Source of the DNA: Octopus bimaculoides
Lineage: Eukaryota
Assembly (NCBI RefSeq): GCF_001194135.2
Contig: NC_068991.1
Location: 75,136,898 to 75,200,897 of the forward strand
Length of the DNA stretch: 64,000 bases
Direction: 5' to 3'
The notes under the pieces were generated by a model. It was not told where the DNA came from. It did no database searches and worked only from the letters and a program-made list of their open reading frames with translations. The position numbers and the translations under genes are program-made. Shown piece by piece: positions 1-13,743 of this stretch (positions within the stretch are counted from its first letter, which is position 1; each line of letters starts with the position of its first letter).

Positions 1-286
1 AAATATAGTAGCTGACCCTATACCATCAAAAATGATGGCTAATCATAGTATTTTATACATAAAATGGGTCCAAAAAAGTGAAGCAGTTCTTTAACTCTGT
101 GTGAGTATGTGTGTATATGTATACATCTATATGTATGATGAGCACAGTCTGTAGCGAACACAGTTTTCTATATTTGTCACAACCCGCTTCCTTCCTTTTT
201 AAGTGGGTCTGTTTATATATAAATGTATATGTAATTGCCTGTGTTTCTGTAATTCTATTTTCTATGTATCTTTTTAAATAAACATA

Positions 287-451
287 GGCGTAGGAGTGGC
301 TGGGTGGTAAGTAGCTTGCTTACGAACCACATGGTTCCGGGTTCAGTCCCACTGCGTGGCACCTTGGGCAAGCGTCTTCTACTATAGCCTCGATCCGACC
401 AAAGCCTTGTGAGTGAATTTGGTAGACGGAAACTGAAAGAAGCCCATCGTA

Positions 452-504
<53 letters not shown>

Positions 505-564
505 ATATGCTTGTGTGTCTGTGTTTGTGCCCCCCAACATCACTTGACAACCGATGCTGGTGTG
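287..564 (+). mobile_element. tRNA-derived SINE family A, 3'-truncated
   Basis: Head ggcgtaggagtggctgggtggtaag...gggttcagtccc, body gcaccttgggcaag...ctatagcctcg, internal (TA)n(TG)n. Ten or more related copies occur in the window. Confidence 0.85.
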
Positions 565-983
565 CACATAATTGCCTCATTTCGGTTTCCATCTACAAAT
601 CCATTAACAAGGCTTTAATTGTCTTGGGGCTATAGCAGAAGGTGCTAGTGATGTGTCTGGTGCTATGGGACTGAACCCAAGAGCACATTGTGGGGAAGTG
701 GTTTCCTTAACCATGCAGTCATGCCTACCACCTAGCAAGCTTCTTAACCCTATAATATAAACACCTGCTTAATAGGCTTATGCAGTTGAGACACTAAACA
801 GACATTGAATGAATGACTCAAAGACTATTTTGAAGAGTTGAAATAATATTCAATATTCATAGCAACTGTTTACTTTACAATGTTCTGCCGCTAAAACCGT
901 CTTCTCATAGCAGACTGTTTTGAGAAGTTAGTTTTAATGTCAGAACTTTGAAGTAAATAGTCACTATTAATATTAAAAAAATT

Positions 984-1023
<40 letters not shown>

Positions 1024-1228
1024 NNNNNNNNNNNNNNNNNNNNNNNNNNNNNNNNNNNNNNNNNNNNNNNNNNNNNNNNNNNNNNNNNNNNNNNNNNNNN
1101 NNNNNNNNNNNNNNNNNNNNNNNNNNNNNNNNNNNNNNNNNNNNNNNNNNNNNNNNNNNNNNNNNNNNNNNNNNNNNNNNNNNNNNNNNNNNNNNNNNNN
1201 NNNNNNNNNNNNNNNNNNNNNNNNNNNN

Positions 1229-1276
<48 letters not shown>

Positions 1277-2559
1277 TTATATATATATATGTATATGTTT
1301 TTGTATATATAGCTTGATAGATATATAAATATGGACACATACAATAAGGTCAATAAACATTCACTGCAGATGCACAGACACGTATGCACGTGTGTGTGTG
1401 TGTGTGTGTCTGTGTGTCTGTGCATTAAAGCTGTTGGTCACAGCTGTTGCAATTAAACTGACAGCCACATATTTGCAAATGTGAATGTTGTTTCTCATAT
1501 CTTTTTATCTTTTATCAAGATGACCATGGTATATTTTGATTTGCCAATAGTTAATGGAGAAGCCTACTGTAAAAGTTCAGTTGGCTCTTAACAAAGAATT
1601 CAATTGTTGGAACTCTAACACTCCAGAGCCAAGTTCTTAACCTATGTACATATGTGTGTGTGCGTGTGTGTGTGTGTGTGTATGTGTGTGTGTGACACAG
1701 GGAAAGAGAGAAGAAGAAAGCCATTAGGTTTAGCTATGTCAAGTATCATGTTCAATGCATGAAACCATTGAAAGAAGACAGTTCACTTCATTCAAAGTAG
1801 TTTACATTTAAGATGAATGTTCCTTTGGGATGTTGTAATCTTAATACAGACTTACATTTGTGAGAGAAGATAATTTATTAATTTTATTCTGTTGTTTGAT
1901 TGTAGGACACTTTTAGGCTGGATTTCTTAACCTATTGCCAGGAATTGAAATCTTCTCTATGGTTTTTTTATTACATAATTGGTCCAGGCTCATTAAAAGC
2001 TGTAACTCTAATCTGGTTTGCTTAACCACTTCCATCCCACTGTATGAAACAAGCTAATAAAAGAACATCTATGTGGCTGTAGTTGTTGTTGTTGTTGTTC
2101 TTCTTCTTCTTCTTTAGCTTGTGGTCTGATTTGAATTAGCTGACCTCCACCCTAATGCATTCTAGAAGCGACCATTTGGCTGTTTTATGAAGATTCCCAA
2201 AGACCACATTATCCAGTGTGTCCTTTTTTGAAGATGGCAATAATGTGATTTGAAAGTAATTTGGCTGATGTTTCTCACGAGACCAGTGACTCTATAGAGG
2301 CACTTTTATTGAACCAACTCTACTTGCTAGAAAGAGCAACTAAATTTCCTTTGAATAGTGCTTTGTATTGTGCAGTGTTCATTTTAAAAAGAATTTTAGG
2401 TTATAAATGTCAATGATTTGATTCCCTGGCTGGCTGATTACATCAGTGGGTAAAGACCCCATTTTGTTATAATTGTCTCCAACAAAACAATTCTCTTCTC
2501 TCTACTGTTGTTGGTGCACCACTCTCAGTGCTTCCTGGAATGTATTTTCAGAGGGTAGT

Positions 2560-3070
2560 ATGTAGTTCTCAAAGAGAATTTCATTGTGATTTCTTCATTC
2601 ATTTGAAACAGGCCACCTGTGAGAATGGGTTTTCACTTTGGGATCAGGAAAAATATCCACTGGGGTCAAATCTAGAGAATTGGATGACAGCGGGCTGAGA
2701 GTCATCTAGTGCTTTGCCAAGAAGTGTTGGATAACATTGATGCACAAGCAGGTGCATTGTCATGGTGCACCATGCAAGATTTGTTGGTTTATGCTTCAGG
2801 ATGGTTTCTTTACATTATCCCTCGCAGACTCCTGAGGAAATCCAAATGAATCTCTTTGTTTGAATACATAAAACAATATCGTAATAAGTGATACCTTTTC
2901 AATTAACATCACCTTCATATTTGAATGATTCTGGCCTGTTTCCTTTGGTCATGGTGACAATCAATTCAGCCTTCTGTAACTTTTTTGTTTTGACAATGTT
3001 GCCTTACGATAGCTTTTATGTCTCCTCTCATGAATTTATCAACAAAGCTTTTATCAGCATTTAAACAATG
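2560..3070 (-). pseudogene. Decayed mariner-type DDD transposase remnant
   Basis: Minus strand reads DFLRSLRGIM*RNHPEA*TNKSCMVHHDNAPA, then FLAKH*MTLSPLSSNSLDLTPVDIF. These resemble the mariner W.LHHDNAPAH and YSPDLAP.DF motifs. Multiple stops and frameshifts. Confidence 0.7.
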
Positions 3071-3377
3071 AAACAGCTCAGGAGCATAATTCACAAATTA
3101 TGTGGCAATATTTCTTTATATATCCCCCCCCCCCCTTTTTTTCTCAAATCATGTAGCATGAACCTTTACAATGGCCACCTCGTTTGGAAGTTTCACAAAC
3201 AGTCAGTTGATGATTCTTCATGTACTTCTGTAATGTTATCATCCTCTATTTTTGTTGGCCATTCCAATTTAGAATTGTCTTCAATGGACATTCTTCCCCA
3301 GTTGAAATTCTAGCATCACCCACAGCATGTCCTGCCCTGCTCCATATGCCTGTTTCAACATTACAAGCCATGAAGAA

Positions 3378-3545
3378 CAGAGCTAACAACCCTGTAGCCG
3401 GCACTACCATTCCCTGCCCACACTGTCAAAGACTCTTTCGGGCGCAGATTGGCCTCACTAGCCATCTACGGACTCACAAAGCAAGCCCACCCCTACCCCA
3501 GGATGACTAGATGGTCTTCGTCGCATCAACGGACAAACTGCAATA
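3378..3545 (+). mobile_element. 5'-truncated RTE-clade LINE 3' end
   Basis: C-terminal C2H2 finger IPCPHCQRLFRAQIGLTSHLRTH ending at TAG 3510, followed by a short 3' UTR. This ending is typical of RTE ORFs. Confidence 0.7.
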
Positions 3546-3957
3546 ATTTGGTTACTTTTTAGACTCACCATGTAAAGCGACAGATATAGACACTTGCTCT
3601 AAAACATAATTGTCTCCTCTCAGTTGAATATACTTCAAAATACTTGCAAATAGTTTAGCTTTCAGTTATTTCTTATTTCATTTCTTAGTTCCATTCTTTT
3701 ATTTGCATCCAATTTAGTAATTTCTTCACTTTTCAGTCTCGCATTCTAAATTATCTGGTTGCATTTCTACTGAGGCACTCACTTTGATGTTTTTGTCCAC
3801 GTATTATTGATTGTTCATGACAGCATCTTATGATTTAATTTAAATCCCAGCAGCTATTGGTCCTGGACCATTATCAGTTTTCATGAGCCTCTTATCTAGT
3901 AGTAGTAGCAGAAATAGTAATAGGGGTGGTGGTGGTGGTGGTGGTGATGGTGGCAGC

Positions 3958-4000
<43 letters not shown>

Positions 4001-4506
4001 GTAGTAGTAGTAGTAGTAGCGGTGGTGGTGTTGCTGCTATTGGTAGTAGTGGTTGTGGTGGTAGTAGCAGTAGTGGTAGTAGTAGCAACCTTCGCTTAGG
4101 AATTTTGTTGACTTGAAAAGATGGATTTTTTTTTTAACCCCTTGCAGACAGATTTAGTATGGACAGTCTGTGCTGTGTACCAGTTTTTGGCCTTCCAGTA
4201 ACTTCATAATTTTACACACAAGGAATTTCACAGTGTATTTACAGACTTTTCTCAGTGTGGTATATTTTTATAAACATAATGCCACACAGAGCGAGACATC
4301 GTGCTACTCACACACACATGCTGTTTCGGAGCGGTCTGTACCACTTCCCATCTACAAGGGGTTCACTATCGGAATTTTATTTACCCTCTTGTCTGAAAAG
4401 AATTACAGCACAAAAGAATCTCCTCTCCAAAATTCTTTTTATTCCTTTACTGGTTTCTGTTATTGGACTGTGGTATATTCAGGCACCAACGTTTTGGATT
4501 TAGCTA

Positions 4507-5045
4507 ACCACCACCACCACCACCAAGACCATCACCACCACCAAGACCATCACCACCACCAAGACCATCACCACCACCACCACCATCACCACCACCACCA
4601 TCNNNNNNNNNNNNNNNNNNNNNNNNNNNNNNNNNNNNNNNNNNNNNNNNNNNNNNNNNNNNNNNNNNNNNNNNNNNNNNNNNNNNNNNNNNNNNNNNNN
4701 NNNNNNNNNNNNNNNNNNNNNNNNNNNNNNNNNNNNNNNNNNNNNNNNNNNNNNNNNNNNNNNNNNNNNNNNNNNNNNNNNNNNNNNNNNNNNNNNNNNN
4801 NNNNNNNNNNNNNNNNNNNNNNNNNNNNNNNNNNNNNNNNNNNNNNNNNNNNNNNNNNNNNNNNNNNNNNNNNNNNNNNNNNNNNNNNNNNNNNNNNNNN
4901 NNNNNNNNNNNNNNNNNNNNNNNNNNNNNNNNNNNNNNNNCATCACCACCACCACTACCACCACTAAGACCATCACCACCACCACCATCACCATCACCAC
5001 CACCACCACCAAGACCATCACCACCACCACCACCACCACCACCAC
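4507..5045. repeat. (CAC/CAT)n trinucleotide repeat spanning a gap
   Basis: Read directly; it explains the poly-His, poly-Val and poly-Gly ORFs. Confidence 0.95.
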
Positions 5046-5067
5046 TTATATTATCAATTTCTATGAC

Positions 5068-5340
5068 AAAGATGTTAGGCGTAAGAGAAATTACACACAA
5101 TGCACAGGAGAGGAGATTGCGCCGGTTTGGTCATGTGATGCAGATGGATGAAAACAGTTGCATAGAGAAGTGCTGATCACTTAAAGTGGAGGGAAGCTGT
5201 GGAAGAGGGGAAACCCTGGAAGATGTGGGATGAAGTTTTAAAGGCTGATCTCAAAGCACTGACCCTTACAAAGGGGACATCAGAAGACAGAGATATGTGG
5301 CACATTGCTGTACCCAAGAAGACCCACCCGACACAGCAGA
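5068..5340 (+). mobile_element. RTE-clade LINE C-terminal fragment
   Basis: Reads ERRLRRFGHVMQMDENSCIEKC*SLKVEGSCGRGKPWKMWDEVLKADLKAL...EDRDMWH, matching the RTE RRLRWFGHV...GRPRKTW...DR..WR pattern. Confidence 0.75.
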
Positions 5341-5543
5341 ATTGATGTTGCCACATAAAAAGCATTGGTGTGGGTGCTGGTGCCATGTAAACTGCACTCA
5401 GTACACTCAGTGAAATGGTTGGCATTAGGAAGGGCATCCAGCTATAGAAATCTGGCGCGACCCCTGGCCTTCCCAATTCCTGTCAAGCTGTTCAGCCTAT
5501 GCCAACATGGAAAATAGATGTTAAATGTTGATGGTGGTGGTGG

Positions 5544-5593
<50 letters not shown>

Positions 5594-6048
5594 GGGGTGG
5601 TGGGGTGGTGGGGTGGCCGTGGTGGTAGTTAAGGTATGAGACCGGCGCAAACATTAACCATGCCATTTTCTAGAGTGTGGACAGTAAAATGTTCACACAT
5701 GCATACCCATGCATATAAAGATCTCAATCAGAATTTTTTGGCCATGGCAAGTATTTAGTTGTTCCATCAACTGGACTACTAACTTTACTGTATTAGCATA
5801 TAAATGGTTGAGTATTCCTCTGACATGTGGAATCAGTGTGACATAGTTTGACGAGTGTGGACCTTTGAATTACAGATGCAACCCATCTGCTAGGGTTCCG
5901 TACAGTTTCTGATTTCACACACAGAATAAAGAGTGACCCGAGGCTGTTGAAAATGGCGCTTGATCAAGATGTCACACAGTACGATCAAACCTAGGACCTT
6001 GTGGTTACAGAGAAAATTTCCTTACTGCTTGACCATGCTGTGCCTACG

Positions 6049-6087
<39 letters not shown>

Positions 6088-6780
6088 CAAGTTTCACAAT
6101 CGAAATCAGTTATAATCAATTATAAGCAAAAGTGCCACAGAGCTGAATTGAACCCACAGCCATGGGGTTTCCACTGCCAACTGCTTAACCACACAACCAC
6201 ACCTAGTCAAAGTGTCCATTTCAGTCTTCCAATTAATAGCTGTTTACAGCTTTACAAAGATATGTAACACTAATAAGAACAGCATGTGTCCTTGTTGCTG
6301 CTGTTGCTACTAATACTACTAACAACAACAACAGCAATGAGATGTGTTCATTATTTATGCATTTCTTTTCTTTTTTTTCTCTTCTTTTTTCCTTTTTCTT
6401 TTGTTTGTTTGTTTGGTTATACTTATGAAGTCTTAGAGTTATCAGGAAGTTGTAACATTCTTATCGTTCATTAGTTTAGAATATAAATGAAATTACCGTG
6501 AATTGGGAAGCCAGACAATTTGGAAATGCTGGGGAAAAATGATGGCTGTAAAAGCTGACTGCTGTATAAATAACAAGTAAGAAAAAAAGACGAAAAGAAA
6601 GAGATTCTTAATTCGGTGTAAAACTAGAGGCGAGTTAAATGTTTAAAATGAGACAGCGTTAATGGCCGGGTCATCAATGTAGCTTTCACAGTCTGGAGTT
6701 AAGTGGATTTTCATTTTTGCTCTTTCACTGGTTTTGATCATTTGTCTGTGGCCAAGCTGGAGTTCTGTCCTTTGAAAGTT

Positions 6781-7258
6781 TGGTTGGCCATAAGTTGGTC
6801 ATTAGTTTAGTTAGTCATAAGTTGGTCATTAGTTTAGTTGGACATAAGCTGGTCATAAGTTGGTCATAAGTTTAGTTGCTCTTAAGTTGGCTATATGTTT
6901 AGTTGGTCATAAGTTTAGTTGCTCTTAAGTTGGCTATATGTTTAGTTGGTTATAAGTTTAGTTGCTCATAAGTTTAGTTGGCCACAAGTTGGTTATAAGT
7001 TTAGTTGGTCATAAGTTTAGTTGGTCATAAGTTTAGTTGCTCATAAGTTTAGTTGGCCATAAGTTGGTTATAACTTTCGTTGGTCATAAGTTGGTCATAA
7101 CTTTAGTTGCTCATAAGTTTAGTTGGCTATAAGTTGGTCATAAGTTTAGTTGGTCATAATTTTAGTTGGCCATAAGTTGGTCATAAATTTAGTTGGTCAA
7201 AGGTTATTCATAAGTTTAGTTGCTCATAAGCTGGTTGTAAGTTTATTTGGTCATAACA
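6781..7258. repeat. Mosaic minisatellite of 11-bp GTTGGTCATAA units with optional GTTTA spacer (11/16-bp periods)
   Basis: Read directly; variant units include GTTGCTCATAA and GTTGGCCATAA. Confidence 0.9.
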
Positions 7259-8240
7259 ACCCACTAAACCTATTTCATTCTGGTATTTCATTTATTACTG
7301 CACACATAAAACTTAATGGTTATGGTGTTTTACAGTTGAGTGATTTATCCTTTAACTTTTTGGCTACTTTCAGTCATGAGTCTGTGGCCATGCTGGAGCA
7401 CTAAACTTCACTGGTTTCGTCCATCATATCAACTCCCAATATTTATTTCCCTCTGGTATTTATTTCATTAGTGAAGGCACATGACCCAGTGGTTAAGGTG
7501 TTGGGCTTGCAATCAGTAAGTTGTGAGCTCAATTCTTGGAGCAGGCAGCATGTTGTATCTTTGAGTAAAGTGACTCCCTCATTTCATGTTGTTCCACTGC
7601 ATTCACCCAAAAATGAGTTCTTGTGGTTCTCGAGAGTTAACTTTGATAGGAATCAGTGTCCCTCCTTAAAAACAAAAGCCAAAAATGAAATGAATGTATC
7701 ACAACATAGAGTAAGAAATAATTATTATGTATGTAAACATAGACATAATGCTGTTATTGTTAAGTGCCTGAGTAGTCTATCCATGGCCATCTTATCTTTT
7801 TAATGGTATTTCGGACTACATTATTTAATGTATGTTGCCATTTCCTTGTTTTATTTTGAGATGTTAGAGTGTGATTAATGAGAGGTTTGGTTATTGTTTG
7901 TAAGAAGTCAAGCAATGGCTTAGAAGTCTCCATTTGATGTGTAATCGATAGAGGAAAATCCATAATGAATTTATATTTATGCAAATGAAAACAAAGGACT
8001 ATCTCTCAAAAGTGAACAAATATGAATACCTTAGGCATTAGCAGTTGTTTTTGAAATTTTAATTACGAGCATTCTGAAGTAAATATATAGATGGGTTTTT
8101 AATGTGATTACCAATTTTGTGCACTATTAAATGTTTCTAGACATGAAAAATATATCAATATTCACACTTTTGCTATGTTTCCATTGGTTTGATCACCAAT
8201 CACCATATAGGACTTGAGTGGATTCAAACTAAGAGCCTAA

Positions 8241-8380
8241 ACATTATTTACATTTGACGGATATTTGTCCTCATCTTGTTTGTTGTTAACACAACATTTC
8301 GGCTGATATACCCTCCAGCCTTCATCAGGTGTATTGGGGAAATTTCGAACCTGGGTTCTCATTCCTAAGGTATTTTTTGA

Positions 8381-8452
<72 letters not shown>

Positions 8453-8590
8453 AGTCACTGCCTGGAATTGAACTCGGAATCTTGGGGTTAGTAGCTTGTG
8501 CTCTTAACCACTATGCCATATGCCTGTGGCATAGTGGTTAAGAGCACGGGCTACTAACTCCAAGATTCCAAGTTTGATTCCAGGCAGTGA

Positions 8591-8625
<35 letters not shown>

Positions 8626-8699
8626 TCATCGAAAAATACCTTAGGAATGAGAACCCAGGTTGGAAATTTCCCGAAGACACCTGATGAAGGCTGGAGGGT
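8241..8699. mobile_element. Palindromic (head-to-head) tRNA-headed, (TAA)n-containing, hammerhead-tailed non-autonomous retroelement
   Basis: Two inverted arms centred near 8520. Each has an A-box-like TGGCATAGTGG, a B-box-like GAGTTCAATTC or AAGTTTGATTC, a (TAA)n tract and the tail gaaaaataccttaggaatgagaacccagg...ACACCTGATGAAGGCTGGAGGGT. The plus arm stops at 8699. Confidence 0.8.
8289..8332 (-). ncRNA. Minimal type-I hammerhead ribozyme-like motif (family H1)
   Basis: Minus strand reads ACAC-CTGATGA-A-GGCTG-gagggtatat-CAGCC-GAAAT-GTT-GTGT: stem I ACAC/GTGT, core CUGAUGA, 5-bp stem II, GAAA, short self-complementary stem III and a GUU triplet. Confidence 0.7.
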
Positions 8700-8790
8700 T
8701 TAACGATAAACTGATGTACCAAGATTTTCAGGGCATTGGTTCATCGACATTGGTAAGAGATTATGATTAAGTTTGTGTTGAGTTGATTAG

Positions 8791-8821
<31 letters not shown>

Positions 8822-10065
8822 CAGCTGACAGATATTCAGATGGAAGTTGTGGAAATATTTATTAAATGGGAAATTGCAGTCATGGGTGAAGGTGAAAATT
8901 ATGGGAATTAATGAAGGAAGTAGAAAATAAGAGAGATTAATGAGTCTGATATAAGAGAGAGGAGAAAAGGGTGTTGAGTGTGTAGGAAATATTAACTAAT
9001 TCTATTGAGATGAGAAGCCTGATGGATGAGAGCATGGGGAATAGTGTCAATAACTGATAAAAGACTGGAGATTAAAAAGGAGCAGAAGTGCTCAAGAGAC
9101 TAGACAGGTTCGTTGAAACGCAATTACAAAGTAATTGAAGTGATGCATTACAAAATTAATAACATTAACCAAACAAACAATTTTCCAAATGCAACAGAAT
9201 TCTACATTGCTGATAAAATGGCAATGGACTAAAGAGAAAACCCTCATCAATTATAGGAAAGAAAATTGAAGGCTCAGCTTAAAGAAACTTCATTTTTGGA
9301 GTGTCTCTAACCCTCCTGATACATATCCATCCAGGACCACCTCTGGTTATATGGTGCAAATTTACGTTTGACAGAATAAGTTGAATACTAAAGGATTAAC
9401 TATAAAACATATTGCTAAAATTCATTAAAAAGCCACTGTTGAGTGCAAAATCTGCTTTTAGATATCAGAAGAACCATTTTATCTAATAATTAAAAGTAGA
9501 ACCAAACTGTGGGTTGCAATTTATGTTTTCTGATAAAGGGCACTTATTGGTTTAACGAAGGAAAGTTAAAATAGTATTTCATTGTAAGAGATCTGTATGA
9601 TTCCTCACCAAAACTTCAATGATTAATCTGGGGATTAATATAAATAAAATACATAAGCAAAAATCTATATCGCTGTTTAATAGTTTGTTTTGTTGTTTTT
9701 ATCCCCTACGAAATTATTGGAGTAAAAGTACAGCTATGTGTAAATAGACAATTTGTCCATCACCTACATTTCAAAGTAATAATAATGATAATAATGATTA
9801 TAATAACAACAACAACAATAAATAAAATTTCCTTGAAGTCCAGATGAACAAAATATGTCATTCTGAGTCGTAGTTTATTTATTATTGTATATTAATCTGA
9901 TAAAAGGTTTCTGACGTGAGTACAAGATAAAGTTTTGACACTATTTTCCAAAGAAAGAAGTTACTGAGATTAAACCGGCTTAAGTTCTTGTATGCATATG
10001 AAAGTCTTTTAATAATTAGGTATGACTATGAAGACATGAGGTAAAAAAAAATCCATGATCTTGTT

Positions 10066-10122
<57 letters not shown>

Positions 10123-10269
10123 GTAGGTGTGTATATATATATATATATATATATACATTACACACACATGTATGTATCTCTATATGTTTGAATATGTATG
10201 CATATATTTATGTGTGTGCTTGTATGTGTATAAACATGCATGTATGTGTGTATATGTATGTATGTATGT

Positions 10270-10316
10270 ATTGCAGAACAAGTGAAATTTTCTCAAAATT
10301 TCACTTGTTCTGCAAT
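10270..10316. other. Perfect 22-bp inverted repeat with 3-nt loop
   Basis: ATTGCAGAACAAGTGAAATTTT-CTC-AAAATTTCACTTGTTCTGCAAT. Confidence 0.95.
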
Positions 10317-13300
10317 GATTGCTGGCAAACTGGTCACCTTCTGTTTCTGTCTTACCTGTTTATATGTTTAAAATTTATCTGACAATGGTGGATTTTTGCC
10401 ACCATGTAATCTAAGAATGCATGAATAAAATTCTCCCAAAACAGTTGTTGTGAATTTGAATCCCACTTGTGTTCTTCACATATATATATATAACTATATA
10501 TATACTAATACATCTGTTTGTTTTCTACACCACCTGTCTTTGTCTATTGTTTTTTTTTGTGATTTCTCCCTATACATATCACATGCTCACATGGTCGCAC
10601 CAGTTGATCCTGTCTCCTCTCATCCCCCCACGAACTTCTCCATTGGATTTTCTACCTTTCTACACTCTTTTGGACTTTCTTCTGGACTTTCTACACTCCG
10701 GCTGTGCCTCTCCTGCCTATGGATTACTCTGGACCCATCTATATATATATACATACATATGCATGTTTAAATGTGTATACATGTGTGCGACCCATTAATC
10801 CAAGTGAATTCTTCATTGTGGAAAATACTTATGGCACACAACTGCCACATGTGTCAGTGGCACATGAGAAGCACCCATTACATTCTCAGAGTTGTTGCAG
10901 TTAGGAAGGGAATCCAGCTGTAGAAATTGTCAAATTAGACTGGAGTCTGGTGAAGCCCCTCAGATTATCATCCCTCGTCAAACTGTCCAACCCATGCCAG
11001 CATGGACAACAGATGCTAAATGATGATGATTTGACTATCATGTTTTTAGCGCACTCATTTTTTTTTTTTTGCAACTTCATGCTAGTAGCACTGAGGGTTA
11101 GTGGTTTGCCAAACATGTTATCATAAAATACATAGAAGAAGGATGTTTATAATTATGAACAAGTCACAATTATAACTAAAGGGGTTTCAAAACCCCTTAC
11201 GTGTTTAGAAATAGCAGCCAAAACTGCTATAAATCCATTATATCACTCCTATTATTTCTCCTCGATAAAAGCTGTCTGTGGGCAACATGACATATAAAAT
11301 CCACCGCTTAAAAATAAATGGTTAATTCCCTATTGCAATTTCAACATTAGGAACCTATTGAGGGTCCAATTCATATCATCAGAGGAATATTCCTGTAGAT
11401 AGAAATCAATACAAGACCTTACCTTGGGGCTTATATGTATCCCAACCTGCAAGAATAATGTGTCAACTTCTATCTACACATTTAAGTTTTGAATTCAAAT
11501 GTCATGCACAGCGTTTATGAGAAAAGATCGTTAAATTCGAGCCACTGCAAACCACCAGAGATGAGTTGGGAAAATTAAATAATTAGAAAGTAATGCAGTA
11601 ATACATATATATATATCTATGTATTGCATGCCATACCAATGTGATCTTTTCTTTTGCCTACTTCTTCTGATTCTTCATCTGTCCTTTTTGTTCTCCAAGC
11701 TGTTTTGTACTGCATCATTCACAGATAGAAATATTACCCAACTTACTGCAACCTAGGACCTCTGTTCATTTGTTCACAATGTTTGTGTCTATTAACAAAA
11801 ATGCAAAATCTCATGTGTGTTGGGAATCTCAGTGAAGTTGTGATTTTTTCTCACCTATTTGTGATGTGTATCGTTCCAATGTAAGGAGATATCAAGCATT
11901 GGAAAGAAGAAAAGCTGTTTGAAGAAACGTCATATTGGTAGGTAGCATTGCTGCTCCACCCTCGCCCTATAATAATCAAGTGGACCATATCTCTAGTCAT
12001 TACTGAATTGCTGTTTGAGGGATTAACCCTTACACTGTCCCTTTGACTATTGACATAATTCTCTAACAGAGTGACATTGTCACAAGGTCAGGGCTTTCAA
12101 GTGCAGCTTTGTCTCACAGAATTCCTCACAGTCTGCTCAGTTTCTTTTATAAGGATGAACCCAGCCAGGGTTAGGATAGATGTCACATCCTTGAGAGGCA
12201 TTGCACAGTGTGAACAGATGTTTGGGGGAAGGGAATTTGAAAGTAAGAAACAGATGTGAGCATCAATGATCTACAAACAGTCATAGCAAGAAAGAGAATT
12301 TAAAACTTTGTGGTTGCAAAGAAAACATCTTAGTCACACAGCCATGTGTCCCTACACATGCATGTACAAACACACATGTACACATGCGTCTAGAAAGATA
12401 AGCATCCATCATTCTCGGATGACCATGGATCTGCACCTGGGGAATTTTGTGCTAGCTGCTGATGGTTATGCAGTGTCCACCATACACATTTTCATACCCA
12501 TTCGCATGTACATATATTCTGTACTCAATCGTAGGAATATATTTATGCGTCAGCTAATATTTCTCCAGTTATCATAGGAATTATCACACACTTCCTCTCA
12601 ATATTAACCAGAAATAACCATTAGAAAGTTCAAACAAGTCAATATTTGCTAATAGATTTTATCCATTTGTTTGTTCAATTCATTTGCATTTAACCTTTGT
12701 GTTAATGTTATAATAAATATATCCAGTAGACCATACTCAACTCATTTCTCTTTAATCACTGCAGATTCTCAGCACTTACTGTTCATGTTTTATTTTCATC
12801 TAGCATCACACTTCGTAAACATTTCTAGTAAACTTTATCCAGCATATATTGACAGAAACGTTTTTGTCACTTACAGATATAGCATTTTCTAGCTCCCACC
12901 TTCCATCTTATAACCTGGCCATTCTTCCTTTGCACCAACTTCAGCACTTTGTCATATTGGTAATAAAACTTTTATCTGCAATTTCCAACATTCTGTAGTG
13001 TTCAGGATCATATGATGTTAGCTACTCCAATGCATCATTGAAATAGCTAATATTATGTTATAAAGTCCAGTGTGACAGCAACCATCTTTATTTTGATACG
13101 GCAAACATATCAGTGACCTTCTCTGCAATTTTTTTACTAGTCTTTACTGACTATTTCTGATCTTATCTTTACATTTTGCTCCTCTGTTGGAATCACCAAG
13201 TGCAGACTTTTACTGTCCCCTCCGCCCACATTTTATCAAGAAAAGGTTTTACAATATGTTTGAACCCTAGTTGAGCTGCAAGTTAAACTCTGGTCAAGAT

Positions 13301-13545
13301 CTATGGGGTTTCCTGCCATAACAATCCCATCTTTATTGAAGCATATTCCACTACAACTACATTATTTAATCTCTCTTAAAAAACGAAAAATAAATAAATA
13401 AATAAACAAGTAAATAAATACAGTAAAGGTGTCATTTGGTGGAGACTTAACTGTTATTTTTAGCATACATGCAATCACGTATGGGCATTCCAGTTACCAA
13501 AGGATTTCCAGAATGCTATTTATAGGTGAATACTTATATTGTTTT

Positions 13546-13704
13546 ATCTTTTATCCTTTTACTTGTTTCAGGCATTGGACTGCAGCCATCCTGGGGTACC
13601 ATCTTGAAGGGTTAGTCAAAGAAATCAACCCACGGGCATATGGCGTAGTGGTTAAGAGCGCGGGCTGCTAACCCCAAGATTCCGAGTTCAATTCCAAGCA
13701 GTGG

Positions 13705-13743
<39 letters not shown>

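Noticed and set aside
900-940. SRLF-like codons resembling an upstream MON2 segment
   Set aside because: They are followed at once by a stop, with no splice sites or flanking homology.
8460-8590. tRNA genes at SINE heads (also 13640, 40794 and 41339)
   Set aside because: A/B boxes are present but there is no complete acceptor stem, and they run into repeat bodies. They are tRNA-derived heads, not functional tRNAs.
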